From assembly GCA_038998625.1 (NCBI GenBank), contig JAWADS010000002.1, positions 1 through 53,841 on the forward strand: 53,841 nt of DNA, read 5' to 3'. Below are positions 37,619-46,508 of this stretch, one piece after another. The position numbers and the translations under genes are program-made. Origin of the DNA: Candidatus Aenigmatarchaeota archaeon. GTDB lineage: Archaea; Aenigmatarchaeota; Aenigmatarchaeia; CG10238-14; SCSR01. The notes under the pieces were generated by a model. It worked only from the letters and a program-made list of their open reading frames with translations, ran no database searches and was not told the origin of the DNA. Position 1 is the first letter of the stretch, and the number at the start of each line of letters is the position of its first letter.

Positions 37619-39982
37619 ATGGATAAAAAAGAACTCATAAATAATTTTCAAAGAAATCCACAACGTTATTGGAAGGTTAAATTATTTGATGATTTAGATT
37701 TTCAACGAAAAAAATGCAAGAATTGTGGTAAATTTTTTTGGACTTTAACTAATCAAGAAATTTGTAATGATTCTACTTGCAAACCCTTTGAGTTTATTGG
37801 CCATCCCCCCACAAAGAAAAAGTTAGATTTTTTTGAAACATGGGAGGTAATCAAGAAATTTTTCGTGAAAAAGGGGCATACAGTGCTAAAACCTTATCCG
37901 CTTGCAAGCAGATGGTACCCTTTACTCTATTTTACAAATGCAGGCATAGTAAATTTTTATAGAATAGATGAAAATGGGAAATTAGATTTTGAATTTCCAG
38001 CTAACCCTTCCATATTGACTCAACCTTGTTTGAGATTTGTTGACCTTCCTAATGTAGGCTTAAATAACAAGTCCTATAGTTGTTTTTTTATGATACAACA
38101 AACTTCTGCACATGGATATAAAAATGGTTATTGGAAAGATGAAGCTGTTGAATTAGATTTTGAACTTTTAACAAAAGTTTTTGGCATACCTCCAGAGGAA
38201 ATTGTTTTTATTGAGGATGCATGGCTGAGCCCAGTAGCCTTTGGTCCCTCTTTAGAATATCATGTACAAGGATTAGAGTTAGGGAACATTGTCTTTACAG
38301 AATTTGAGGGCACCCCCAATAATTATAGAGAAATGGAGAATAAAATCATTGATATGGGCGCTGGGCACGAGAGATTTACTTGGATAACACAAGGCACACC
38401 AACTAGCTATGAAGCTGTGTTTGGTCCAATTCTTAAACGACTAAGGAAAATAATAGATTTAGAATATGATAAAGATTTTTTCATCAAATATTCAAAATAC
38501 ACTGGCTTAATCAATGTGGATGAATTTCCCCATATTAAAATAGTGAAAACTAAAATTGCTGATAAGCTTGGCATATCTTTTGAGCAATTACAAAAAAAAG
38601 TTGAACAAATAGAGGCTTTAAATATAATTGCTGAACATTCTCGCGCTTTAGCTTTAGCGATAGGACAAGGAAATTTACCTTCGAATATTGGTGGAGGATA
38701 TAATCTTCGAGTGATTTTAAGAAGAGCCCTTAGTTTTATAGATAAATTTAATTGGGATATTAAATTAGAAGATGTAACACTTTGGCATATAAATCTTCTA
38801 AAAAAATTTTTCCCAGATTTAGCAAAGCACAAAGATGAAATTGTTACAATTTTGAAAGTGGAAGAAAAAAGATATAGACAAACCAAAGAAAGATCAAAAA
38901 GAATAGTTGAATCTTTAGTAGGAAGAAAATTAACTGAAGAAGATTTGATAAAGATATATGAATCTGAAGGTATAACGCCGGAGCAATTGGAAATAGAAGT
39001 TCCTGAAGAATTTTATAAAAATATAACTGAGAGACATATAGGTCATAAAAAAATAGAGAGAGAGAAATATTCCCTAGATGTTTCTAATCTACCAGCTACA
39101 AAAATTTTGTATTATGACGAGCCATATATCTATAAATTTAAAGCAAAAGTTCTAAGAATTTCTGGTAATTTTATTATTCTAGATAAAACAGCATTTTACC
39201 CAGAATCAGGAGGACAGAAAGCGGATCGAGGCTATATAAATGGAATAAAGGTTATAGATGTACAAAAAATAGGTTCTGTTATAGTTCATAGGCTTGATGG
39301 TGAGTTAAAGGTAAAGGAAGGAGAGCATGTTTCGTGCAAAGTGGATAGAAAAAGAAGGGAAATTTTAATGAAGCATCATGATGCTATTCATATAATTTCT
39401 GGTGCTGCAAAAAAAATTTTAGGTAGGCACATTCATCAATATGGAGCCGAAAAAGATGTAGATAAAGCGAGAATTGATTTGACTCATTTTGAAAGTTTAA
39501 GCTGGGAAGAATTAGAAAAAATAGAAAATCTTGCGAATAGAATAGTGAAGAAAAATTTGTCTATTAAAAAAATTAGTATGGATAGGGGGGAAGCTGAAAT
39601 GAAATATGGATTTGATATCTATGCTGGAGGTTATGTGCCTTCTAAACAAATAAGAATTATAGATATTGGCAATGGGTTTGATGTGGAAGCTTGTGGAGGT
39701 ACTCATGGGAACAAAACAAAAGAAGTAGGCTGGATAAAAATAATTAGATCAAGAAGAATTGCCGATGGTTTAGTGAGATTGGAAATAGTTGCGGGCGAAG
39801 TAGCAGAAAAATATTTAAAAGAAAAAGAAAAAATTTTGAAAGAAGTTTCTAAAAAATTAAAAGTTAAAGAAGAAGAAGAAGTTCCGCAAGCTGTAGAAGA
39901 ATTATTTAGAGAATGGAAGAAATTGAGGAAACAATTAAAAGATAAAAAGGTTGATAAAAATGATGTCGTTTCAAGAGTTTAA
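37619..39982 (+). CDS. alaS: Alanyl-tRNA synthetase (archaeal type), apparently lacking a C-terminal C-Ala/DHHA1-like domain
   Basis: Archaeal AlaRS N-terminus with CKNCGKFFW, class II core, editing-domain HHDAIHI and CGGTH motifs. Track start is TTG 37604; ATG 37619 preferred. Confidence 0.88.
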   Translation: MDKKELINNFQRNPQRYWKVKLFDDLDFQRKKCKNCGKFFWTLTNQEICNDSTCKPFEFIGHPPTKKKLDFFETWEVIKKFFVKKGHTVLKPYPLASRWYPLLYFTNAGIVNFYRIDENGKLDFEFPANPSILTQPCLRFVDLPNVGLNNKSYSCFFMIQQTSAHGYKNGYWKDEAVELDFELLTKVFGIPPEEIVFIEDAWLSPVAFGPSLEYHVQGLELGNIVFTEFEGTPNNYREMENKIIDMGAGHERFTWITQGTPTSYEAVFGPILKRLRKIIDLEYDKDFFIKYSKYTGLINVDEFPHIKIVKTKIADKLGISFEQLQKKVEQIEALNIIAEHSRALALAIGQGNLPSNIGGGYNLRVILRRALSFIDKFNWDIKLEDVTLWHINLLKKFFPDLAKHKDEIVTILKVEEKRYRQTKERSKRIVESLVGRKLTEEDLIKIYESEGITPEQLEIEVPEEFYKNITERHIGHKKIEREKYSLDVSNLPATKILYYDEPYIYKFKAKVLRISGNFIILDKTAFYPESGGQKADRGYINGIKVIDVQKIGSVIVHRLDGELKVKEGEHVSCKVDRKRREILMKHHDAIHIISGAAKKILGRHIHQYGAEKDVDKARIDLTHFESLSWEELEKIENLANRIVKKNLSIKKISMDRGEAEMKYGFDIYAGGYVPSKQIRIIDIGNGFDVEACGGTHGNKTKEVGWIKIIRSRRIADGLVRLEIVAGEVAEKYLKEKEKILKEVSKKLKVKEEEEVPQAVEELFREWKKLRKQLKDKKVDKNDVVSRV

Positions 39983-40121
39983 AAAATTAAAGCATAAAGA
40001 AAAAATTTTAAAAAAGGCAGCTGAAATTCTTAGGGTGGAAGATAAAGATTTACCTAGAGTTGTGGAAAGATTTCAAAATGAAATAGAAGAAATGAAAACT
40101 ATATTAGAATCTAATCTTTAA
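39960..40121 (+). CDS. 53-aa ORF in the +1 frame overlapping the alaS end; paralogous to the alaS C-terminal coiled-coil segment
   Basis: MMSFQEFKKLKHKEKILKKAAEILRVEDKDLPRVVERFQNEIEEMKTILESNL aligns with alaS LKEKEKILKEVSKKLKVKEEEEVPQAVEELFREWKKLRKQLK. May be a remnant rather than a gene. Confidence 0.3.
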   Translation: MMSFQEFKKLKHKEKILKKAAEILRVEDKDLPRVVERFQNEIEEMKTILESNL

Positions 40122-40707
40122 TTTTAGGTAAAATTATTAATCCTTCTTTTTCATCTCCTATAGCCAAATAATTACCTTCAAGATACATTTTTCCAACTAA
40201 AGCACAAGTAATTGCGTCCAATTCATGATCTGTTATATTTTTCTTTTTGATGTCACCTTTTATACCATATTTTATTAAACCTTTCCTTAACTTTTCTAAA
40301 CCCTTATGCTTTCTAGGTATGCCCAAAACATCTTGCACACTTCCAGGAAAACTTTCAATAACTTTTACTCCATTTTCTTCAAATATTTTCTTTAATTTAA
40401 TTCCCCTCTTGGTCAACTTTCTCATAGGCCCTAATGTTATTGGGAAAAACTTTATTTTCATCTTTAATAAATCTTTATCACATTTCCTTAAATGTGGTTT
40501 ACTTTTTTGCTCTAAGCTTTTTCTACCTTTAGGTAGAGTGAGGGGGGCATCTATACTAATTAAATCCGGTTTTATTTCTAAAGTTTTTTGAAGAATTTCT
40601 TCATCAGTATGCAAAGTAAAAGTTTTGCAATTTAAATTTTCATCAAGAACACAAAATCCAGTTATCCGATTTTCGCTTCCTGCTAAATCTATTCCTATAA
40701 TTTTCAT
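40111..40707 (-). CDS. DUF429/COG2410-like predicted RNase H-fold nuclease
   Basis: MKIIGIDLAGSENRITGFCVLDE...ISIDAPLTLP. Family is from memory. Confidence 0.5.
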   Translation of the reverse strand: MKIIGIDLAGSENRITGFCVLDENLNCKTFTLHTDEEILQKTLEIKPDLISIDAPLTLPKGRKSLEQKSKPHLRKCDKDLLKMKIKFFPITLGPMRKLTKRGIKLKKIFEENGVKVIESFPGSVQDVLGIPRKHKGLEKLRKGLIKYGIKGDIKKKNITDHELDAITCALVGKMYLEGNYLAIGDEKEGLIILPKIKD

Positions 40708-41157
40708 TCATCTCGCCTTCATGGCACATTCTATAGGTGGCTGATAAGCCACTTCACACAAAGCTGAAAATACTTCTTCATTAGATTTGTTCTCTAAAGT
40801 TTTTTGGCCATAAAACCCAAGAATGTAAACAGATTGATTATAGTTTCCGGAAATTTCTTCTAAATAGAGCCAGTTGTATCTTTGAGCTAAACCTTCTAAA
40901 TAATCTTTTTGTTCTAAACAGCTTAGACAGTTTGGAGAATAAAAGAAAGTTATTATACTGCCACCAGAACTTAAAATTAAATTTTGTTGTTGAGGGGTTA
41001 AGCGATAATTAACTATTCTACTTTCAGGTAATTTTGTTTGTTGAGAAGTTCCAAAAATTGTTGATTGTATTACAGAAAAAGCAAATGTAGAGAGTAACAT
41101 AATCCCAATCAATAGAAATCCTATGATTTTTGCACTTGGCAGTTTTAGTTTCATCAT
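40708..41157 (-). CDS. Membrane-anchored thioredoxin-fold protein (CxxC)
   Basis: N-terminal TM IIGFLLIGIMLLSTFAF; FFYSPNCLSCLEQ CxxC motif. Abuts the downstream gene with no gap. Confidence 0.55.
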   Translation of the reverse strand: MMKLKLPSAKIIGFLLIGIMLLSTFAFSVIQSTIFGTSQQTKLPESRIVNYRLTPQQQNLILSSGGSIITFFYSPNCLSCLEQKDYLEGLAQRYNWLYLEEISGNYNQSVYILGFYGQKTLENKSNEEVFSALCEVAYQPPIECAMKAR

Positions 41158-41196
41158 AATCCTATAAATTTTTTCGATACAAATTTTATTTAAGTT

Positions 41197-41997
41197 ATGG
41201 TATTAGAAAGGCTCATTTCCATTAGAGAAGCTATTAAGAATCCTTGGTGGATGTTTATAGTAGGCGGACTAATATCAGTTTTATCCCTTCTCGTAGCATT
41301 TCTGGTTCCCATATTTCCTAATGATATCGGTTTATTCTCCTCTATATTAATAACTTTTGCGATGACACCATTTATGGTTAATTTGTTTTCCTATGAAGAA
41401 GCTAAGGAAGAAGAAGAATGGGAAAAAAGAAGAAAAATGAATTTATTCTTAAGGTATAGAGAAATATTAGCAGTTTATGCTGCATTTTTTATAGGAGTAG
41501 TTTTAACAAAAAGTATAATTTTTCTTATTCTTCCTGAAAGTTTTGTAGAAAAAATTTTTGAAGATCAATTAACAACAATAAAATTAATAAGGGGTAGCCT
41601 CATTTTTTTCGATACTTTCCAGAGAATTGTTATTAATAATTTAGGGGTTCTAATTCTATCATTTTTATTTTCCTTCCTTTATGGTTCGGGCGCAATTTTC
41701 ATATTATCTTGGAACGCTTCTGTTTTGGCTACAGCAGTTGGTTTGACAGCTAAAAGTTTAGGTGGCTTCAAAGGTCTACCAACAGCCTTACTTGTATATT
41801 TTCCGCACGGCAGTTTAGAAATTTTAGCTTACTTTTTAGCGGGAATAGCAGGCGGTGTAATATCAGTTGCAATTTCTAGAAGAAAATCTAAATTTTTCAG
41901 ACAAATTCTAATAGATAGCTTCATATTACTAGGAATAGCATCCTTCATCATAATTATTGCTGGAATAGTTGAAGTATTTGCATTTGTTATTGCCTAA
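41197..41997 (+). CDS. SpoIIM/DUF95-like integral membrane protein
   Basis: NNLGVLILSFLFSFLYGSGAIFILSWNASVLA and YFPHGSLEILAYFLAGIAGG motifs. Confidence 0.6.
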   Translation: MVLERLISIREAIKNPWWMFIVGGLISVLSLLVAFLVPIFPNDIGLFSSILITFAMTPFMVNLFSYEEAKEEEEWEKRRKMNLFLRYREILAVYAAFFIGVVLTKSIIFLILPESFVEKIFEDQLTTIKLIRGSLIFFDTFQRIVINNLGVLILSFLFSFLYGSGAIFILSWNASVLATAVGLTAKSLGGFKGLPTALLVYFPHGSLEILAYFLAGIAGGVISVAISRRKSKFFRQILIDSFILLGIASFIIIIAGIVEVFAFVIA

Positions 41998-44840
41998 ACA
42001 AGATAAATAGCTGGTTTGACAACATCTGCTTGCTCAGCTTTTTCTATCTTAGAATCTTCAGAGTGCTGTATTTTTATTTTCGCTTTAAATTTTTTCTTCA
42101 AAAATTCTTGAGCCTCTTGCAATACTTTAAACTGTTTCTCTTTATTTAAAGCAGGCAAAAGCTCATTTCTCTTTTTGTATAAGCGTTGAACATATTCGAT
42201 AATTTTATTATCTTTAATTTTGAGTAATTTAAAAATTTCCTTTAGCTCTTTATCCTTGTTCTTTAAGACAAGATTATAAATATTAAACTTCCATTTTTGG
42301 GCTATAAAAATGTTTATTTCTTTTGGTTTTCTTCCAGTAAGCTTTATAATTTCATTTATATCTGAAATGATGGTTTTAATCAATTCCTCTCCTTTTTCAC
42401 TCTCTGTATTTACTAATTTTTTGTCATATTTCGGCCATTGGCTTGATGAAACAAAGTTTTTATTCTTTAATAAAAACCAAAATTCCTCTGATATGTGCGG
42501 AGTCACTGGAGATAAAATTTTTGTTATGGTTTCTAAAGCATATTTCAAAACTTTTTGGTTAGAATTTTTATAGCCATTGCATCTCTCAATATAATATTCT
42601 AGGTCGTTAATAAATTCAAAAAATCCTTTTTGAATGGCGCTTCTAAACTTCATTTTTTCATAGTCTTCAGTGATTTCTTCGATAATTTTTTGTATTTTGC
42701 TTAACAAGAATTTATCAATATTTTGTAAGGCTTTTCTCTTAGCTTTCTTTAAATTTTTAATTGTTTGGAGTAGAAATTCGAATCTCGATGTAAAAGAGGC
42801 AACATTTTCATCCCTCCAATTGGCATCGTCCATATCTTCGTTAGAAGAAACAATGTTAATTCTAACTATATCCGCCCCAAGTTTTTTAATTAAATCTCTT
42901 AATGGAATTATATTTCCCTTGCTTTTACTCATTTTTGTCCCTTCTACATTAACAAAGCCATTTACTGCAATGGCTCTAGGCCAATATTTTTGATTATCCC
43001 AAATGGCTGTATGATGGAATAGATAAAATGTTAAATGATTCTGAACCAAATCTTTGCCAGAAGTTCTCATATCAACAGGATAGAAATAACTAAACTCTTC
43101 TCTCATTTCCTTTAAAGTTTTTTGATCTAATTTAGACTTCTTGCTGATATCTTTTGGATTGCCTTTCCCTAAAAATATGTAATCAAAAACCTCATCCGTT
43201 AATTTCTCTGCAGGAATTTTTTTTTCATTTATAATTCTGGAGATAGTATAATAAGCCATGTATATGGTAGAGTCGCTTAAAGTTTCAACTATCCACTCTT
43301 TATCCCATGGGAGCTTAGTTCCTAAACCACTTTTTCTTGCGCAAGCTTTATCCTTCAACCAATCCACAGTATTTAAAAATTGAATCCTTACTTCTTCAGG
43401 ATAAAATTTCATACTGGCTATGCATCTTCTAACTTTTTCTTTCCATTTCTCATCAGAGAATTTCAAAAACCATTGGTTTTCTAATATTTTTACATAGCAT
43501 GGGGTTGTGCAACGGCAAATTACTTTTCCTGTTAGCTCCCACATTCTATCTGCTAAACCTTTTTCCATTAAATAATTCGAAAGAGTTTCTTTGATTTCGG
43601 ATACTTTTTTCCCACCAAAAGGCTTTATAAAATCTTTCAAAATTCCTAAGTGGTATTCCCTTTTATAAACTTCGCTAGTTGCTTTTTCTAAATTTTCTTT
43701 ATCAAATTGGTTCTTCACTCCGAACTTTTCACAAAAATCTTTCGCAGGATATTCTCCAAAACCTTCAGTTGTAATAATTGATACAGGATAGATTTTTTCT
43801 AAAACATCTAACTTTAAGTTATACTTTTTAATTTCGCTGATATTTTCTTTTAAGTCTTTTAATGCAATCCAATCATAAGGTGCATGAGCAGGAACAGACA
43901 TAACTATTCCTGTGGCGGAATCAGGATCAACGAATTTTGCTGGTAATATTATAATTTTATTACCAACTACAGGATTTTCGACATATCTTCCGATTAAATT
44001 AGAACCTTTTATTTTTCCAATTATTTGAATGTCCTTTAATTGATCTCTTAATTTTATTACAGCCCTTTCGCTCAAAAGCCAGACTTCATTATTAATTTTA
44101 CTCCATACGTATTCCACGTCAGGATTAATCCAAATATTAGTTACACCATAAACAGTTTCTGGTCTGAGCGTACCAGTGGGAATAATCTCTCCGCTATCCA
44201 GTTTAAACTTTATAATAATATATTCAATAGGCCCCTCACCTATTCCCTCCAGCCTATCATGATCGCCAGTTGGACTTTGATCATGAGGACACCAAACTAC
44301 AGGATGTGTGCCTTGGGTTATATATCCTTTTTTTCTTAAAGTATTATACTGCCATTCAATGAAGCGATTGTATTGGGGTGTAATAGCTGTGACAAAAGTC
44401 CTTCTCCAATCAGCTGAATATCCTCCCAATTTTAAATCCTCTATCCATCTTTTCATCCAATATCTTGCGACAAATTCAGGTCCATATTTAACAAAATTTT
44501 CTAAATCTTTATCTGTTGCTCCAAAAAGCTTGAAGGTTTCTATCTGATTTATATCATTCTTTTTTAATCTCTCTATAGTCCCTAATATTGGCTCACCTGT
44601 GGCATGAAAGCCTTGAGGAAATAAAACGTTGTAACCTTGCATCCTTTTAAATCTAGCTAAGGCATCTGCCCTGAAAAAAGAAAAGCAATGCCCTATATGA
44701 GGGCTTCCATTTAAGTAGGGATATGGAAATGTTATAAAAAATTTTCTCCTCTTTTTATCTACATTGGCTTCAAATATCTTAGCTTTTTTCCATTTTTTTT
44801 GCCATTTGTTTTGAATTTTTAAATAATTTATCTCCACCAT
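41994..44840 (-). CDS. leuS: Leucyl-tRNA synthetase (archaeal type)
   Basis: FPYPYLNGSPHIGH (HIGH), KMSKSKGN. 948 aa. Confidence 0.92.
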   Translation of the reverse strand: MVEINYLKIQNKWQKKWKKAKIFEANVDKKRRKFFITFPYPYLNGSPHIGHCFSFFRADALARFKRMQGYNVLFPQGFHATGEPILGTIERLKKNDINQIETFKLFGATDKDLENFVKYGPEFVARYWMKRWIEDLKLGGYSADWRRTFVTAITPQYNRFIEWQYNTLRKKGYITQGTHPVVWCPHDQSPTGDHDRLEGIGEGPIEYIIIKFKLDSGEIIPTGTLRPETVYGVTNIWINPDVEYVWSKINNEVWLLSERAVIKLRDQLKDIQIIGKIKGSNLIGRYVENPVVGNKIIILPAKFVDPDSATGIVMSVPAHAPYDWIALKDLKENISEIKKYNLKLDVLEKIYPVSIITTEGFGEYPAKDFCEKFGVKNQFDKENLEKATSEVYKREYHLGILKDFIKPFGGKKVSEIKETLSNYLMEKGLADRMWELTGKVICRCTTPCYVKILENQWFLKFSDEKWKEKVRRCIASMKFYPEEVRIQFLNTVDWLKDKACARKSGLGTKLPWDKEWIVETLSDSTIYMAYYTISRIINEKKIPAEKLTDEVFDYIFLGKGNPKDISKKSKLDQKTLKEMREEFSYFYPVDMRTSGKDLVQNHLTFYLFHHTAIWDNQKYWPRAIAVNGFVNVEGTKMSKSKGNIIPLRDLIKKLGADIVRINIVSSNEDMDDANWRDENVASFTSRFEFLLQTIKNLKKAKRKALQNIDKFLLSKIQKIIEEITEDYEKMKFRSAIQKGFFEFINDLEYYIERCNGYKNSNQKVLKYALETITKILSPVTPHISEEFWFLLKNKNFVSSSQWPKYDKKLVNTESEKGEELIKTIISDINEIIKLTGRKPKEINIFIAQKWKFNIYNLVLKNKDKELKEIFKLLKIKDNKIIEYVQRLYKKRNELLPALNKEKQFKVLQEAQEFLKKKFKAKIKIQHSEDSKIEKAEQADVVKPAIYLV

Positions 44841-44857
44841 AATATTCTTCTCTTTTT

Positions 44858-45442
44858 TTACCTTAATCTTTTTTCAGCCCTTTTATAGTTATTATAAACA
44901 CTTATTGTATATCCATATTTTTTGAAAAAATATTCATTGCAGCTATCTCTTTCTTTATCATGAACATCCCATTCACATGATAAAATATCACTTCTAGCAT
45001 ATTTTTCTGCATTTTTTAACAATGTTTTTCCACATCCATTGTTTCTCATATCTAAAGAAACTAGGATATGAAATGTTCTGTCAGTTATATTTTTATATCT
45101 TTGTAATGGCTCGTACCATACCCCACCTATAAGTTTGTCATTTAAAGCCGAAGTTGCTATGATGTAAACATGGGATCTTAGAAAACTGCTCCTTTCACTT
45201 CTACATTCAATCTTAGGATTTAAATCTTTATAATTTAGCCAAAATTCGCCAATAATGCCCATCCAATAGGGCGGCTCACCATATTCTAAAAAATCAAATC
45301 TATCACGGCTAATACTAGTAGATGCTAAGGATTCATATAATTTAATTTTAAACCCATTCTCTATTTTTTCATCCAGTTTTAATAGGAAAGATCTACAGGA
45401 AGGTATTTTTACTCTATCCCAAGACTTGTAGAACTGGTTCAC
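44858..45442 (-). CDS. GNAT-like acetyltransferase (weak)
   Basis: VSLDMRNNGCGKTLLKNAEKYA resembles the acetyl-CoA binding R/Q-x-x-G-x-G/A motif. GTG start. 17 nt downstream of leuS. Confidence 0.45.
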   Translation of the reverse strand: MNQFYKSWDRVKIPSCRSFLLKLDEKIENGFKIKLYESLASTSISRDRFDFLEYGEPPYWMGIIGEFWLNYKDLNPKIECRSERSSFLRSHVYIIATSALNDKLIGGVWYEPLQRYKNITDRTFHILVSLDMRNNGCGKTLLKNAEKYARSDILSCEWDVHDKERDSCNEYFFKKYGYTISVYNNYKRAEKRLR

Positions 45443-45543
45443 CGGTCATCTTCTCCCCTCTCATTAAAATTTGAAAGAAAAAATTTAAATAGCTTATTTA
45501 AAACTAGTTATAAGATTTATCAATCAAAATTATATTTTATAGA

Positions 45544-45674
45544 GCCCTCGTAGCTCAGCTTGGATAGTTTACCAAAAAGAGCAGCACAAGATTGCTGAAC
45601 CTTCTATCTGCTGAGAAGAAGGTTTGATAAGAGATGAAAGGTGAAGGTCGCGGGTTCAAATCCCGCCGAGGGCA
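45544..45674 (+). tRNA. Insertion-laden tRNA gene (131 nt); best guess tRNA-Arg(UCU), identity tentative
   Basis: GCCCTCG TA GCTC AGCTTGGATA [GTTTACCAAAAA] GAGC A ...CTTCTAT (45601-45607)... AGGTC GCGGG TTCAAAT CCCGC CGAGGGC A. Acceptor and D arm match tRNA-Arg(CCU) at 26512-26586. About 56 extra nt. Confidence 0.7.
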
Positions 45675-45728
45675 TTTTAATAATAGAAAATAAAAATCTT
45701 TAAACTAAAAAAACTACAATTTAAATTG

Positions 45729-46508
45729 ATGACTAGAATACTTGTTGTGGCATCTGGTAAAGGTGGAGTAGGTAAAACAACTCTAGTTTCAAATTTAGGT
45801 TATGCTCTAACTGAATTAGGTTATAAGGTTACTTTAATGGATGCTAACCTTACAACTCCCAATTTAGGTTTGCATTTAGGTTTGCACTTAACTTCAAAAA
45901 CTTTACATGATGTTTTAAAGGGAGAAACTAAAATTAAGCATGCTACTTATACCCATCCATTTGGTTTTAGCGTTATACCAGCGAGCATGAATATCAATGC
46001 ATTGACCGGGGTAGATCCTGCTAGATTAAAAGATACAACCTTCTCTTTAATAGGTCAGACGGATTTCCTTATTTTAGATTCTGCAGCCGGTTTAGGCAGA
46101 GAATGCATATCAGCCATAGAGGCTGCTGATGAAGTTTTGCTTATAATAAATCCTGATTTACCTAGTGTTGTAGATGCTTTGAAAACATCAAAGGTTTCAC
46201 AAAGTATGAAGAAAAAAGTTTTAGGAGTTGTAGTAAATCGAAAGGCTGGTAGATGGTATGAATTATCAAAGAAAGAAATTGAAAGTTTACTAGATTTACC
46301 AGTTTTAGCTGAAATACCAGAAGAAAAAAGCATACAAAAAGCTATAGCTGCGAAAAAACCTTTATTAGATTTTGATCCAGAATCTTTAGCTGCCTTTGAA
46401 ATAAGAAAATTGGCCCATTTCATTGCAGGTAAAGAATTTCCTTACAAGCCTCCTCTTAAAGCAAGATTTCCATTTTTAGATAAGCTGATAAATTGGATGA
46501 TTAAGTAA
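45729..46508 (+). CDS. minD: MinD/ParA-family P-loop ATPase
   Basis: Deviant Walker A SGKGGVGKTT. Track start is TTG 45726; ATG 45729 preferred. Confidence 0.85.
   Translation: MTRILVVASGKGGVGKTTLVSNLGYALTELGYKVTLMDANLTTPNLGLHLGLHLTSKTLHDVLKGETKIKHATYTHPFGFSVIPASMNINALTGVDPARLKDTTFSLIGQTDFLILDSAAGLGRECISAIEAADEVLLIINPDLPSVVDALKTSKVSQSMKKKVLGVVVNRKAGRWYELSKKEIESLLDLPVLAEIPEEKSIQKAIAAKKPLLDFDPESLAAFEIRKLAHFIAGKEFPYKPPLKARFPFLDKLINWMIK

Noticed and set aside
45864-45887. 12-bp tandem duplication TTAGGTTTGCAT/TTAGGTTTGCAC in minD (LGLHLGLH)
   Set aside because: A real but trivial short in-frame duplication in a loop after the Walker A region; no further implication seen.
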